DNA from: Spirochaetia bacterium
GTDB taxonomy: Bacteria; Spirochaetota; Spirochaetia; UBA9216
DNA length: 64,000 nt
Assembly (NCBI GenBank): GCA_963675665.1
Contig: OY776510.1
Span: 427,815 to 491,814, forward strand
Direction of reading: 5' to 3'
The position numbers and the translations under genes were made by a program. This document shows positions 17,974-27,011 of the stretch, one piece after another. Below the pieces are notes generated by a model. The model was not told the DNA's origin. It did no database searches and was given only the letters and a program-made list of their open reading frames with translations. The stretch's first letter is position 1; each line of letters opens with the position of its first letter.

Positions 17974-20283
17974 TTATTGAAGGGAAAGACTTTTTGATTT
18001 TCTGCCCATTGCCCTGAAACTAAAATATATGGCAAGTGCAAGGATTACGGGAACTACTATCCAGACTACCTGACCTCCCTGAAAAATCTGATAGAACAGG
18101 GTAGCAACAATCCAGGCGAGAAGGGTCAGGTAAGTAACGAGAAGTGTTCCGTAGGCCCTGCCTGTTTCCTGAACGGCTACACCCAGGGCGGCAACGCATG
18201 GAAAGTAGATCAGAATAAAGAGAAGATAAGCATAGGCGCTTACGGGCGTAAAGTTGTTCCTCAGCCCGGTAAAGACGCTGTCTCCGGTTTCAAGCTCTTC
18301 GCCTGTCACCTCTTCATCTCCGTTAATAATTCCGGCGCCGAAGGGATCGGACAGACCGCCGAAGATGCCGGCAAGGTTTTCTCCGAGGGTTATAAAAGCT
18401 TCGCCGAGAACCGGGCCGAGCCCCCATCCGGAATCATCATCGCTTTCGGCAGCATCTTCCGTAACAGCTTCCTGCGCATACAGAGAATTCAACGTTCCGA
18501 CCACAGCTTCTTTGGCAAAAAGGCCGGTAAACAGACTTACGGTGGCAGGCCAATTCTCCTTTTCAATTCCCATGGGGGTAAAAATCGGAGTAATAGCTTT
18601 TCCTACAACAGATAAAACCGATTCTTCCGAATCTTCATTTCCGAAGGAACCGTCCGTTCCAAGCGAGTTGAAAAACGCCAGAACCAGCACGACAAGAATG
18701 ATCACCTTTCCCGCCCTGAAAAGGTAAACTTTAAGTCTCCGCCAGGCGCTTTTTGTTATCTGCCCCAAACGCGGTCGGTGATATTCGGGCAACTCCATGA
18801 CAAAAGGAGAGTATTCACCCTTCAGGATACTGCTTTTAAGTAATAGTCCCGTAAGAATTGCCAGCACAATCCCCGCTGCGTAAATCGAGAATACAACGGC
18901 TCCGGAACGTGTTCCAAAAAAAGCGGCTGTGAACAGCGCATAAACAGGCAGACGGGCACCGCAGGACATAAACGGGGACATAAAGATGGTCATGAATCTG
19001 TCCCGCCTCGATTCCAGAGTCCTGGTCGCCATAATAGCCGGAACAGTACAGCCGAAACCGACAAGCATGGGAACAAACGCCTTGCCCGGTAGACCGATTG
19101 CCCTCATTGCACGGTCCATAACAAAAGCAGCTCTGGACATGTACCCGGAATCTTCAAGAATAGCCAGCATAAAAAACATTACAAAAATAATGGGAACAAA
19201 AGTCGAAACGGTCTGAATACCTCCGCCAATACCGCCTGCGATTATCGAAGTAAGCCATTCCGGACTTCCGATATTCGACAGCAGAGTTCCGAGACCGTCG
19301 ACAAAGATTCCGCCGAAAACAATATCAAACCAGTCTATAAATGCGCCGCCGATGCTCATTGTTACCCAGAAAACAAGGTACATAACACCTATAAAAATTG
19401 GAATGCCCCAGATCCTGTGCATAAGAAGTTTATCCGCTCCGCTGGAAGTTTCCGCTTTTTCTTCAGGATGCTTAACACAAGAATCACAAACCCCGGTAAT
19501 CCATGAATAACGATCTTCGGCAACACTCATATCAACGCTTGTTTTCATTGAGGCTTCCAGCTTTTCAATTTGGGCATCTACTTCAATACGTTTGATACTC
19601 CCCTCTGCAAGCGAAGTTATATATTCATCTTCCTCGAGAAGGTTAACAGCAAGAAATTTTGAATTGATTTTTAATTCTTTGGCAAGCGCCCCCAGCCTTA
19701 AGGCAAGAGTCCCTACCGCCGCTTCGATTTCCGGAGAGTATTCAACTGGATAAACCGAAACCGACGGCAATTTTTCAAGCACACTGATTAATTCATTCCT
19801 GAAATTATCCAGGCTATCCTTTCTTACTGCAGAAAGCGGAATTACCGGGCAGCCGAGCTTCAGGGAAAGTTTTTCAACATCTATGCCGAGGCCTTCCTTT
19901 TCTGCCGCATCCATCATATTAAGTGCTATAACAACCGGAAGTCCGGCTTCCAGAATCGTTCCGGTCAGATAAAGATTACGTTCAAGATTTGCCGCATCAA
20001 TAATACTGACAACACAATCAACATTACCGCTGATGAGAAAATCACGTGCGACGCGCTCATCTTCAGACTCTGCAGAAAGACTGTATATACCGGGAAGATC
20101 AACTACTCTGTAATCCGACTTTTTCGTTTTTAACAGGCCCTGTTTGCGCTCAACAGTTACGCCGGGCCAGTTGCCGACTTTTGCGGTGGAACCGGTAAGT
20201 CCGTTAAAAATTGTAGTCTTTCCGCAATTCGGATTACCCGCGAGCGCTACCGTTATTGTTTTTGTTTCTGTTGCAGTATTCAT
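17974..20283 (-). CDS. feoB: Ferrous iron transporter FeoB
   Basis: N-terminal G-domain (GNPNCGKTTIFNGLTG, DLPG). Gate motifs and large polytopic membrane domain. 769 aa. Confidence 0.9.
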   Translation of the reverse strand: MNTATETKTITVALAGNPNCGKTTIFNGLTGSTAKVGNWPGVTVERKQGLLKTKKSDYRVVDLPGIYSLSAESEDERVARDFLISGNVDCVVSIIDAANLERNLYLTGTILEAGLPVVIALNMMDAAEKEGLGIDVEKLSLKLGCPVIPLSAVRKDSLDNFRNELISVLEKLPSVSVYPVEYSPEIEAAVGTLALRLGALAKELKINSKFLAVNLLEEDEYITSLAEGSIKRIEVDAQIEKLEASMKTSVDMSVAEDRYSWITGVCDSCVKHPEEKAETSSGADKLLMHRIWGIPIFIGVMYLVFWVTMSIGGAFIDWFDIVFGGIFVDGLGTLLSNIGSPEWLTSIIAGGIGGGIQTVSTFVPIIFVMFFMLAILEDSGYMSRAAFVMDRAMRAIGLPGKAFVPMLVGFGCTVPAIMATRTLESRRDRFMTIFMSPFMSCGARLPVYALFTAAFFGTRSGAVVFSIYAAGIVLAILTGLLLKSSILKGEYSPFVMELPEYHRPRLGQITKSAWRRLKVYLFRAGKVIILVVLVLAFFNSLGTDGSFGNEDSEESVLSVVGKAITPIFTPMGIEKENWPATVSLFTGLFAKEAVVGTLNSLYAQEAVTEDAAESDDDSGWGLGPVLGEAFITLGENLAGIFGGLSDPFGAGIINGDEEVTGEELETGDSVFTGLRNNFTPVSAYAYLLFILIYFPCVAALGVAVQETGRAYGTLLVTYLTLLAWIVATLFYQIFQGGQVVWIVVPVILALAIYFSFRAMGRKSKSLSLQ

Positions 20284-20522
20284 TTGCAGGCCTCCAGCTC
20301 AAGAACCTCGGCTTCAGCCTTGCGGAGGCTGAGGTTATAGCCCCTGACCGATATTTCAACCGGATCGCCCAGCGGCGCTGTTTTCTTCATTACTATTTCA
20401 GTGCCCTGAGTAAGGCCGAAAGACAAAAGTTTTCTGCGGTAGTCTTTCCTGCCTTCCCGGTAGCCCGTTATGACCGCCTTTTCTTCAGGTTTCATAGCCG
20501 ACAATTTAAGCAGCTCTTTCAT
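20280..20522 (-). CDS. feoA: FeoA family protein
   Basis: 80 aa SH3-like FeoA. Overlaps feoB start by 4 nt and the upstream feoA by 1 nt. Confidence 0.8.
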   Translation of the reverse strand: MKELLKLSAMKPEEKAVITGYREGRKDYRRKLLSFGLTQGTEIVMKKTAPLGDPVEISVRGYNLSLRKAEAEVLELEACK

Positions 20523-20779
20523 TATTTCTCTCCCTCTAATATTATTCCGGTCAGCATTTCACGGCCCAGCATTACCTTTCTGCGGTTTATTTCGATAACG
20601 CACGGACCATGTTTGTATCCGTTTATCAATCTCATCTCTGCACCGGGCCTTAACCCAAGACCAAGCATCTTTGCCCTGAACCCTCGTCCCGGCCCGAGTT
20701 CCGCGATACAGGCTTTCTGTCCTTCTTTCAAATCTGCTGCAGTTGAAAAATGGTACCCGCGACATCTTTTTTGTCTCAT
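20522..20779 (-). CDS. feoA: FeoA family protein (second copy)
   Basis: FeoA-like sequence (ADLKEGQKACIAEL…GAEMRLI). Start moved to an internal ATG (MRQKR) with an AAGGGGA RBS. Track ORF begins with GTG at 20824. Confidence 0.7.
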   Translation of the reverse strand: MRQKRCRGYHFSTAADLKEGQKACIAELGPGRGFRAKMLGLGLRPGAEMRLINGYKHGPCVIEINRRKVMLGREMLTGIILEGEK

Positions 20780-20827
20780 AAGGATCCCCTTGCAAACTTT
20801 ATTAGTCTTAGCTAATGCTATCACAAA

Positions 20828-20853
20828 CCATAGTTAATGTCAATTAACCATGG
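20828..20853. promoter_or_regulatory. 26-bp near-perfect palindrome upstream of feoA: candidate metalloregulator (DtxR/Fur-type) operator
   Basis: CCATAGTTAATGTCAATTAACCATGG is palindromic with one mismatch (inner core GTTAAT-GTCA-ATTAAC). About 50 bp upstream of the feoA start, in the divergent promoter region. Confidence 0.4.
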
Positions 20854-20971
20854 TCGAGTCGGGCAAAATCAGAAAGAAATATCGCTTTTGCGCCGTAATC
20901 ATAAGAAAAAACCTTGATCTATAACATAACACACGTTATATTATAGGTGTTATAAAACGGTTGTAATATAT

Positions 20972-21418
20972 TTGGAGTTGGCAATGCTTTCAAAAAAAAC
21001 GGGACTTATCCTGGTTTTTATTCTTCTTGTTTCATCAGGATACAGACTCAACGCCCAGCTGAACGCCGGCGGAACAGTTTACTGTAAAAGCGGCAGGGAC
21101 GGAACCCTTCTGATAATGCTTGTAGACGAGGAAACATTCAGCAGGCCCATGACGGGCCTGGCCGTAAAAGAGATCAGGGTTTCTTCGGGCGCCGCATTGA
21201 TAGATTTTGAATTCGATAATGTCCCGCCGGGCATCTACGGTATAAGATGCTTTGTAGACACCGACGGCAATGAAAAACTCAACAGGGGGCTGTTTGGGCC
21301 CTCCGAACCCTGGGGGATGAGCTGGAATGAAACCGCCCATCCCGGATGGCCCGAATTCAGCATGATTTCATTCAAACTCGAAAAGAATCTGTCGGGCCTG
21401 AAGATAACCGTTGAATGA
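20972..21418 (+). CDS. Secreted DUF2141-like protein
   Basis: Signal peptide and size/composition similar to the DUF2141 family. Function unknown. Confidence 0.4.
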   Translation: MELAMLSKKTGLILVFILLVSSGYRLNAQLNAGGTVYCKSGRDGTLLIMLVDEETFSRPMTGLAVKEIRVSSGAALIDFEFDNVPPGIYGIRCFVDTDGNEKLNRGLFGPSEPWGMSWNETAHPGWPEFSMISFKLEKNLSGLKITVE

Positions 21419-21440
21419 TATAAATAAAAATGGAGGGAAT

Positions 21441-22055
21441 ATGCCGCCGAAAGGTAAATACAATTCGGAAATAATTATTGAAGCAGCATTTGAACTTGTG
21501 AGGGAAGAGGGCTTTGAACAGCTGTCCGCAAGAAATATTGCAAAGAGGCTCGGATGCTCAACCCAGCCAATATACAGTTTTTTTAATTCGATTGAAGAAC
21601 TGGAAGAAGTCCTGATGAAACGGGTAAAGCGCTACTCACAGGATCTTATCCTGGAATATGAAGACAGCGAGAGCAACTTTCTCGCTACCGGCCTGGGTTA
21701 TTTCCTGTTCGCCCGAAACGAACCGGAACTTTTCAAGGGACTTTTTGTAAAGGGCGGGTGGAGATGGAATTTCACCGCAGATGATCCTTTTTCGGCTCCT
21801 ATTCTAATAAAAATGAAGAAGGATAAGTTTTTGGAAAAACTCAAGGAGGAAAAGCTTCTTGATCTTTTCAGGGATATGTTCATATACACTCACGGACTGG
21901 CTACCCAGGATTACCTGAGCGACACTCCCGTGAGTCTCGAAGAGGCCAGGGAACTTCTTCAAAGGTTGGGGGGAGTGCTAATCGTCAGCGCCACGATCTC
22001 CGGAAAATTTGAAATAGAGAAACTCATGAGGAGGTTTCACGGATGGAACGATTAA
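21441..22055 (+). CDS. TetR/AcrR family transcriptional regulator
   Basis: N-terminal HTH (LSARNIAKRLGCSTQPIYSFFNS). Start at MPPKG with a GGAGGG RBS. Confidence 0.75.
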   Translation: MPPKGKYNSEIIIEAAFELVREEGFEQLSARNIAKRLGCSTQPIYSFFNSIEELEEVLMKRVKRYSQDLILEYEDSESNFLATGLGYFLFARNEPELFKGLFVKGGWRWNFTADDPFSAPILIKMKKDKFLEKLKEEKLLDLFRDMFIYTHGLATQDYLSDTPVSLEEARELLQRLGGVLIVSATISGKFEIEKLMRRFHGWND

Positions 22056-23446
22056 AAATAATCATATTAAACGGTTCTCCCAAGGGAGAAACAAGCGTCT
22101 CGGTTCAGTATATGCGTTACCTTGAGTTACGCTTCCCTCAACATAATTATGAATTTATTAACGCGGCACAGAACTGCACAAAATACGAAAAGAACCGGGC
22201 AGCTTTTGAAACTGTTATGGATAAAATCGATAATTCCGACCTGGTCCTTTGGGCTTTTCCGCTGTATTACATGCTTGTCTGCTCACAGTACAAACGCTTT
22301 ATCGAACTTGTTTTCGAACGGGAAAAAACCGGCACATTCAAAGGCAAATATACTGCCGCATTAAGCACCTCGATACATTTTTTCGATCATACGGCAATAA
22401 ACTACATTCAGGCTGTCTGCGATGACCTCGGAATGAACTTCCTTGAAGGAATTACTGCAAAAATGGACGACCTCCGTAATGAAGATTTTCGAACAGGTTT
22501 CGACAAACTATTTTCCGGTTGGGCGCAATCGGTAAGAACCGGACGACCGGTATCCAGGGGTTTTGCCCCGGTTACAAATGAAACATTCAGCTTCGTCCCG
22601 GAAAACACAAACTCAATTGTTCAGCAACCCGGCCCGCAGAAGGTTTGCATAGTAGGAGATCTTGAACACAAAGACAGCAACGTCCGGAAAATGGCTGCCC
22701 TGGCTGCCGGCATTAAACCCGGAGCGGAAACAATAGATCTCGGCAGTCTGAAATTCGGGCCCTGCGCCGGGTGCCTTAAGTGCGGATTCGACAACATCTG
22801 CGCCTATGAAGGCAAAGATAATCTAATCAACCTTCACCGAAATACGATTCTTAAGGCTGATATAATCATTTTTACCGGGGCTATACACGACCGTTACCTT
22901 TCATCTGTATGGCAGCGATATCTTGAAAGAACATTTAACTACACTCATCAGCCGAGACTTGTCGGAAAACAGATAGGGTTTATTATAAGCGGCCCGCTTG
23001 CACAGAACCACAATATCAGGGAAATCCTGCAGGGATATGCCGAAACCATGGGCGGAAACCTGCTTGGGTTTGTAACAGATGAGCCTGCCGACAACAGCCT
23101 TGTATCCCGAAGTATTGAACATCTTATGCATCAGGCTCACGATTGGAATAAAGCAGGCGTCAGAAAACCAAAAAGCTTTTTGGGCATCGGCGGCATGAAG
23201 ATTTTCCGTGATGACATATACAGTCACCTGCGGTTCGTTTTTCAGGCCGACCATGAATTTTACAAACAGCAAGGACTTTATGATTTTCCGCAAAAAAGGT
23301 TTATAATGGCAATGGCAATATCAGCCGGCATGTTGCTTACAAAAATACCGCCGTTGAGGAAAAAGATCAGGCAGCAACTGAGGCAGGGGATGATAAATCC
23401 CTATAAAAAGCTGTTCAGCAAAATATTACCGGCAGGAGTGAAATGA
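22043..23446 (+). CDS. Flavodoxin-like fold NAD(P)H-dependent FMN reductase family protein (tandem/extended, with Cys cluster)
   Basis: N-terminus IIILNGSPKGETS is typical of NADPH-dependent FMN reductase/flavodoxin_2. A second flavodoxin-like half carries CAGCLKCGFDNIC. Confidence 0.5.
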   Translation: MERLKIIILNGSPKGETSVSVQYMRYLELRFPQHNYEFINAAQNCTKYEKNRAAFETVMDKIDNSDLVLWAFPLYYMLVCSQYKRFIELVFEREKTGTFKGKYTAALSTSIHFFDHTAINYIQAVCDDLGMNFLEGITAKMDDLRNEDFRTGFDKLFSGWAQSVRTGRPVSRGFAPVTNETFSFVPENTNSIVQQPGPQKVCIVGDLEHKDSNVRKMAALAAGIKPGAETIDLGSLKFGPCAGCLKCGFDNICAYEGKDNLINLHRNTILKADIIIFTGAIHDRYLSSVWQRYLERTFNYTHQPRLVGKQIGFIISGPLAQNHNIREILQGYAETMGGNLLGFVTDEPADNSLVSRSIEHLMHQAHDWNKAGVRKPKSFLGIGGMKIFRDDIYSHLRFVFQADHEFYKQQGLYDFPQKRFIMAMAISAGMLLTKIPPLRKKIRQQLRQGMINPYKKLFSKILPAGVK

Positions 23447-23931
23447 TGTATTATACACAATTCAAAACTCAATTCTGCGAAATAATTCTTGCAGGAAATG
23501 ATGAAGGTCTGAAGTTTCTGCAAATGAATACAAACGACGGAAAAGGCCTTTTCAGGGTTTCGCCGGACTGGGTGCGAAAAGATGCCTTTTTCTCCGGCAT
23601 TGTTACACAGATTAATGAATATTTTACCGGCTCCAGACAGACTTTTGACGTGCGGCTTGCACCAGACGGCACAGATTTTCAGAAAAGCGTGTGGAAGCAA
23701 TTGCAGGGAATTCCCTACGGTGAAACCCGAACCTACGGCGAGATTGCCGCTGCAGCAGGAAACCCGTCCGCCGTGCGCGCAGTAGGCGGTGCAAGCAGCC
23801 GCAACCCGGTACCGCTGATAATACCCTGCCACCGGGTAATTGGTGCGGGGGGAAAACTTACGGGATTCGTGTACGGCCTCAAGCTAAAAAAACAGCTCCT
23901 GGAGTTTGAAAAAGCAAATCTGTCAAAATAA
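23443..23931 (+). CDS. ogt: Methylated-DNA--protein-cysteine methyltransferase
   Basis: Active-site motif IPCHRVIGAGGKLTGF. Confidence 0.85.
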   Translation: MMYYTQFKTQFCEIILAGNDEGLKFLQMNTNDGKGLFRVSPDWVRKDAFFSGIVTQINEYFTGSRQTFDVRLAPDGTDFQKSVWKQLQGIPYGETRTYGEIAAAAGNPSAVRAVGGASSRNPVPLIIPCHRVIGAGGKLTGFVYGLKLKKQLLEFEKANLSK

Positions 23932-24023
23932 CAGGTATTTCAGAGCTTACGGGAAAAAGATCAATTCACCCCTTTGAGAACCGCCGGTCCCTATGTTATT
24001 CTTCCGTATCAGGAGAAAATATT

Positions 24024-24545
24024 ATGAAAAAAGGATATATTCAGGTATATACGGGCGACGGCAAAGGGAAAACCACTGCGTCAATAGGTCTCGCGGTCAG
24101 GGCGCTCGGCGCCGGAATGAAGGTATATTTCGGCCAATTTTTGAAAAACCACCCTTACAGCGAGGTAAAAGGCCTTGCAAGCTTTCCAGGCAACAATTTA
24201 AAGCAGGAGCAATTCGGTACAAAGCGCAGCATCAGCGATCCGATGACTGAGGCTGATTATGAAGCGGCCCTTACAGGAATTGAAACTATTGAAAAAGAAA
24301 TGCTTGAGGGCGGTTACGACCTTATGATCCTTGATGAGTTCAATCTTGTAGCCGGCTATAATATCGTAGCTGAAGAACGCCTGAAAGAATTTATAAGTAA
24401 AAAACCCGACACTACCGAACTTGTGTTTACCGGCCGATCAGCTCCTGAATGGCTTAAAGAACGTGCTGATCTTGTAACTGAAATGAAAATGATAAAACAC
24501 TATTATGAAAAAGGCATTCCGGCAAGAAAAGGAATTGAACTTTAA
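24024..24545 (+). CDS. cobO: Cob(I)yrinic acid a,c-diamide / cob(I)alamin adenosyltransferase
   Basis: P-loop YTGDGKGKTTA and the CobA/CobO/BtuR family length (173 aa). Confidence 0.85.
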   Translation: MKKGYIQVYTGDGKGKTTASIGLAVRALGAGMKVYFGQFLKNHPYSEVKGLASFPGNNLKQEQFGTKRSISDPMTEADYEAALTGIETIEKEMLEGGYDLMILDEFNLVAGYNIVAEERLKEFISKKPDTTELVFTGRSAPEWLKERADLVTEMKMIKHYYEKGIPARKGIEL

Positions 24546-24570
24546 CCGGCAACACCAGAAAGGAGACACT

Positions 24571-25050
24571 ATGTCATCAGAATTTTACAGTTTTACTTTG
24601 GAACTTGGCAACGGAGAAAAAAAATCCATGAGCGAGTATTCCGGTAAGGTGGTTCTCATTGTAAACACGGCAAGTGAATGCATTCTCACTCCTCAGTATG
24701 AAGGTTTTCAGAAGCTTTATAAAAAATACAAGGATGCCGGTCTTGAAATACTTGCTTTCCCATGTGATCAGTTTGCCCATCAGGAACCCGGAACAGATGA
24801 AGAAATTCTTCAATTCTGCAAAGTTAATTACGGCGTCAGTTTTCCGGTTTCCAGAAAAATAAATGTAAACGGCAAAAACACCGATCCGCTTTATAAATAT
24901 CTTAAAAAAGAAGTGAAAACAAGGTTCGGAACTTCAATAAAATGGAACTTTACAAAATTCCTGGTTGATCGCACTGGAAAACCTGTAAAAAGGTTTAAAC
25001 CGGAAACACTTCCCGAAGAGCTCGAAACAGAGATAGAAGCCTTATTGTAA
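24571..25050 (+). CDS. Glutathione peroxidase
   Basis: NTASECILTPQYEGFQKLYKKY and AFPCDQF motifs. Start at MSSEF with an AGGAGA RBS. Track ORF starts earlier and overlaps cobO. Confidence 0.85.
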   Translation: MSSEFYSFTLELGNGEKKSMSEYSGKVVLIVNTASECILTPQYEGFQKLYKKYKDAGLEILAFPCDQFAHQEPGTDEEILQFCKVNYGVSFPVSRKINVNGKNTDPLYKYLKKEVKTRFGTSIKWNFTKFLVDRTGKPVKRFKPETLPEELETEIEALL

Positions 25051-25109
25051 CAATACAGGATAATAAATTGCCGTTTATATTGACAAAAAGATAAAACCAC
25101 GCTATCTTT

Positions 25110-25125
25110 ATACAAGCTTGTATAT
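25110..25125. promoter_or_regulatory. Perfect 16-bp palindrome TATACAAGCTTGTATA in padR promoter (candidate PadR operator)
   Basis: Perfect palindrome 12 bp upstream of the padR ATG, overlapping a TTGACA(25081)…-10 region. The same motif recurs at 25697. Confidence 0.45.
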
Positions 25126-25136
25126 TAAAGGTTAAT

Positions 25137-25673
25137 ATGTCTGTAAAACTTGTCCTTCTCGGGATGCTGAAACATGAACCGATGCACGGGTACGAACTCA
25201 AAGCCAGGATTGAACAGGAAATGGGAGACTGGACTTCAATAGCATTCGGTTCCATTTATTTCGCGCTTAAAAAGCTTACTGAAGAAGGCTTTGTTGAACA
25301 GGCAGGCCATGAACAGCACGGAAACAGGCCTTCCAGGATAATATACAGGATCACAAAAAAGGGTGAAAATGAGTTTTATAATCTTCTTGTTAAAACATGG
25401 ACCGGACATGACAGGCAGTATTTTCCTTTGGACATCGGCCTGTATTTTCTAAATGAACTTGATACTGAAAAAAGACTGGAACTGGTTCGAAACCGGATAA
25501 TGGAAGCCGAATATGTGCTTAAAAACCTCAGGCTCCATCAGTCGACAGAAATGAAGAACCCGTATATTCCCCCAATTGCGAATTCAATCTTTACACACAG
25601 TCTGTATCATCTTGAAGCAGAACGTGACTGGCTACGGGAGGTTGAAATGAATCTGACGGAAGGAAATTATTAA
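25137..25673 (+). CDS. PadR family transcriptional regulator
   Basis: PadR wHTH (LLGMLKHEPMHGYELKARIEQ…FGSIYFALKKLTEEGFV). Confidence 0.8.
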   Translation: MSVKLVLLGMLKHEPMHGYELKARIEQEMGDWTSIAFGSIYFALKKLTEEGFVEQAGHEQHGNRPSRIIYRITKKGENEFYNLLVKTWTGHDRQYFPLDIGLYFLNELDTEKRLELVRNRIMEAEYVLKNLRLHQSTEMKNPYIPPIANSIFTHSLYHLEAERDWLREVEMNLTEGNY

Positions 25674-25696
25674 GTAATGTATTTTTTTAATCTTAT

Positions 25697-25712
25697 TATA
25701 CAAGTTTGTATA
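25697..25712. promoter_or_regulatory. Second copy of the palindrome (TATACAAGTTTGTATA) upstream of the methyltransferase gene
   Basis: 15/16 identical to the padR-promoter palindrome. Lies 36 bp upstream of the 25748 ATG. Confidence 0.45.
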
Positions 25713-25747
25713 TTTAATCTTGTATTCATAAAACCAGGAGGAATAAA

Positions 25748-26413
25748 ATGAACAGAACAAGAGTAATCGAAACAAACGAAGGGATTCAGGCTGAAGCGAC
25801 AGTCCGGGATTTCAACCTCTTTCAGCGCAGTTTCCGTGATCGCGGAATTCTGGAGACGGACGCAATCATACAAAGCGGAATAAACAGTGGAGTCGCCGTA
25901 GAGATAGGCCCCGGCCCGGGCTACCTCGGCCTTGAATGGCTAAAAAATACAGACGGAACAAAGCTCACCGGCGTAGAAATCAGCCGGGCCATGATCAGGC
26001 AGGCGGAAACCAACCGTAGCGAATACAGCCTTGACGAACGGGCAAGCTATATTGAAGGCAGCGCCCTTTCGGTTCCGCTTGAGAACAATTCAGCCGATCA
26101 CGTCTTCTCCAACGGCTCGCTGCACGAATGGGAAAACCCGTACCTGGTTCTTTCCGAAGCATACAGGGTTCTTAAACCAGGCGGAAGACTTTTTATTAGT
26201 GATCTGAAAAGAAACATCAACCCGATTATCGTAGCAGTGATGCTGTTAACCGTCAAAGGCAAGGTAATGAAAGCGGGCTTCCTGAGCTCTCTTCGGGCAG
26301 CCTACACGGCTGATGAGGTCCGCAGGCTTCTGGAATGGTCTGCTTTTAACAAGTATGACGTTCGGGAAAGCGTATTCGGGCTGGAACTGACCGCGGAGAA
26401 AAATATGGACTGA
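25748..26413 (+). CDS. Class I SAM-dependent methyltransferase
   Basis: Motif I VEIGPGPGYLG, post-I region and motif II/III (LKPGGRLFISD). Confidence 0.75.
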   Translation: MNRTRVIETNEGIQAEATVRDFNLFQRSFRDRGILETDAIIQSGINSGVAVEIGPGPGYLGLEWLKNTDGTKLTGVEISRAMIRQAETNRSEYSLDERASYIEGSALSVPLENNSADHVFSNGSLHEWENPYLVLSEAYRVLKPGGRLFISDLKRNINPIIVAVMLLTVKGKVMKAGFLSSLRAAYTADEVRRLLEWSAFNKYDVRESVFGLELTAEKNMD

Positions 26414-26454
26414 TTTATCTGTACCGGCATGCCGACATTATAGTACAATAAAGC

Positions 26455-26991
26455 ATGAGATTATTTTATGCCGTTAACTTTACTCCCGAAACTGCTGCTA
26501 TACTCAGAAAACTTCAGGTCAATCTTCGGGAACATGTGAGACACGGCCGGTGGGCGGAAATGGATAACCTCCACCTGACTCTTCATTTTGTCGGAGAAGC
26601 GGAACCTGACGAGTTGCCGATCTTCAGGAAGGCTCTTGAAACCGCCGCTAAAGCAGTAGACCCGTTTTCAATAAGGTTTACATCATACGGATCGTTCAGG
26701 CAGGGAAAGCAGGATCTTATTTACATTAAAACCAAAAATACGGCAGACTCCCTTGAAACAGTTTCGGATATTCTGAAAGAACAGCTTAAACGCGGAGACA
26801 TGAAATCTTTTACTCCACATATCACATTGGTCAGAAGGGCTGAGATGAATTACAGTACGCTCAAGCTGCTGAAAAAGCAGCGGTTTAATCTGCCGCCGTT
26901 CACTGTAAACTCCCTGGAACTTATGGAAAGCAGAAAAATCGACGGCAAACTGAAATATATACCGCTTCACTCGGTCAGTCTTAAAAACTGA
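26455..26991 (+). CDS. thpR: RNA 2',3'-cyclic phosphodiesterase (2H family, LigT/ThpR)
   Basis: Two H-x-T/S-x motifs (HLTLHF, HITLVR). Confidence 0.75.
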   Translation: MRLFYAVNFTPETAAILRKLQVNLREHVRHGRWAEMDNLHLTLHFVGEAEPDELPIFRKALETAAKAVDPFSIRFTSYGSFRQGKQDLIYIKTKNTADSLETVSDILKEQLKRGDMKSFTPHITLVRRAEMNYSTLKLLKKQRFNLPPFTVNSLELMESRKIDGKLKYIPLHSVSLKN

Positions 26992-27011
26992 TCTGTAAAG
27001 CTTCGACACCC

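Noticed and set aside
23932-24023. Looked for a cobalamin riboswitch upstream of cobO/btuR.
   Set aside because: The intergenic region is only about 90 nt, far too short for the B12 element, and it lacks the conserved B12-box.
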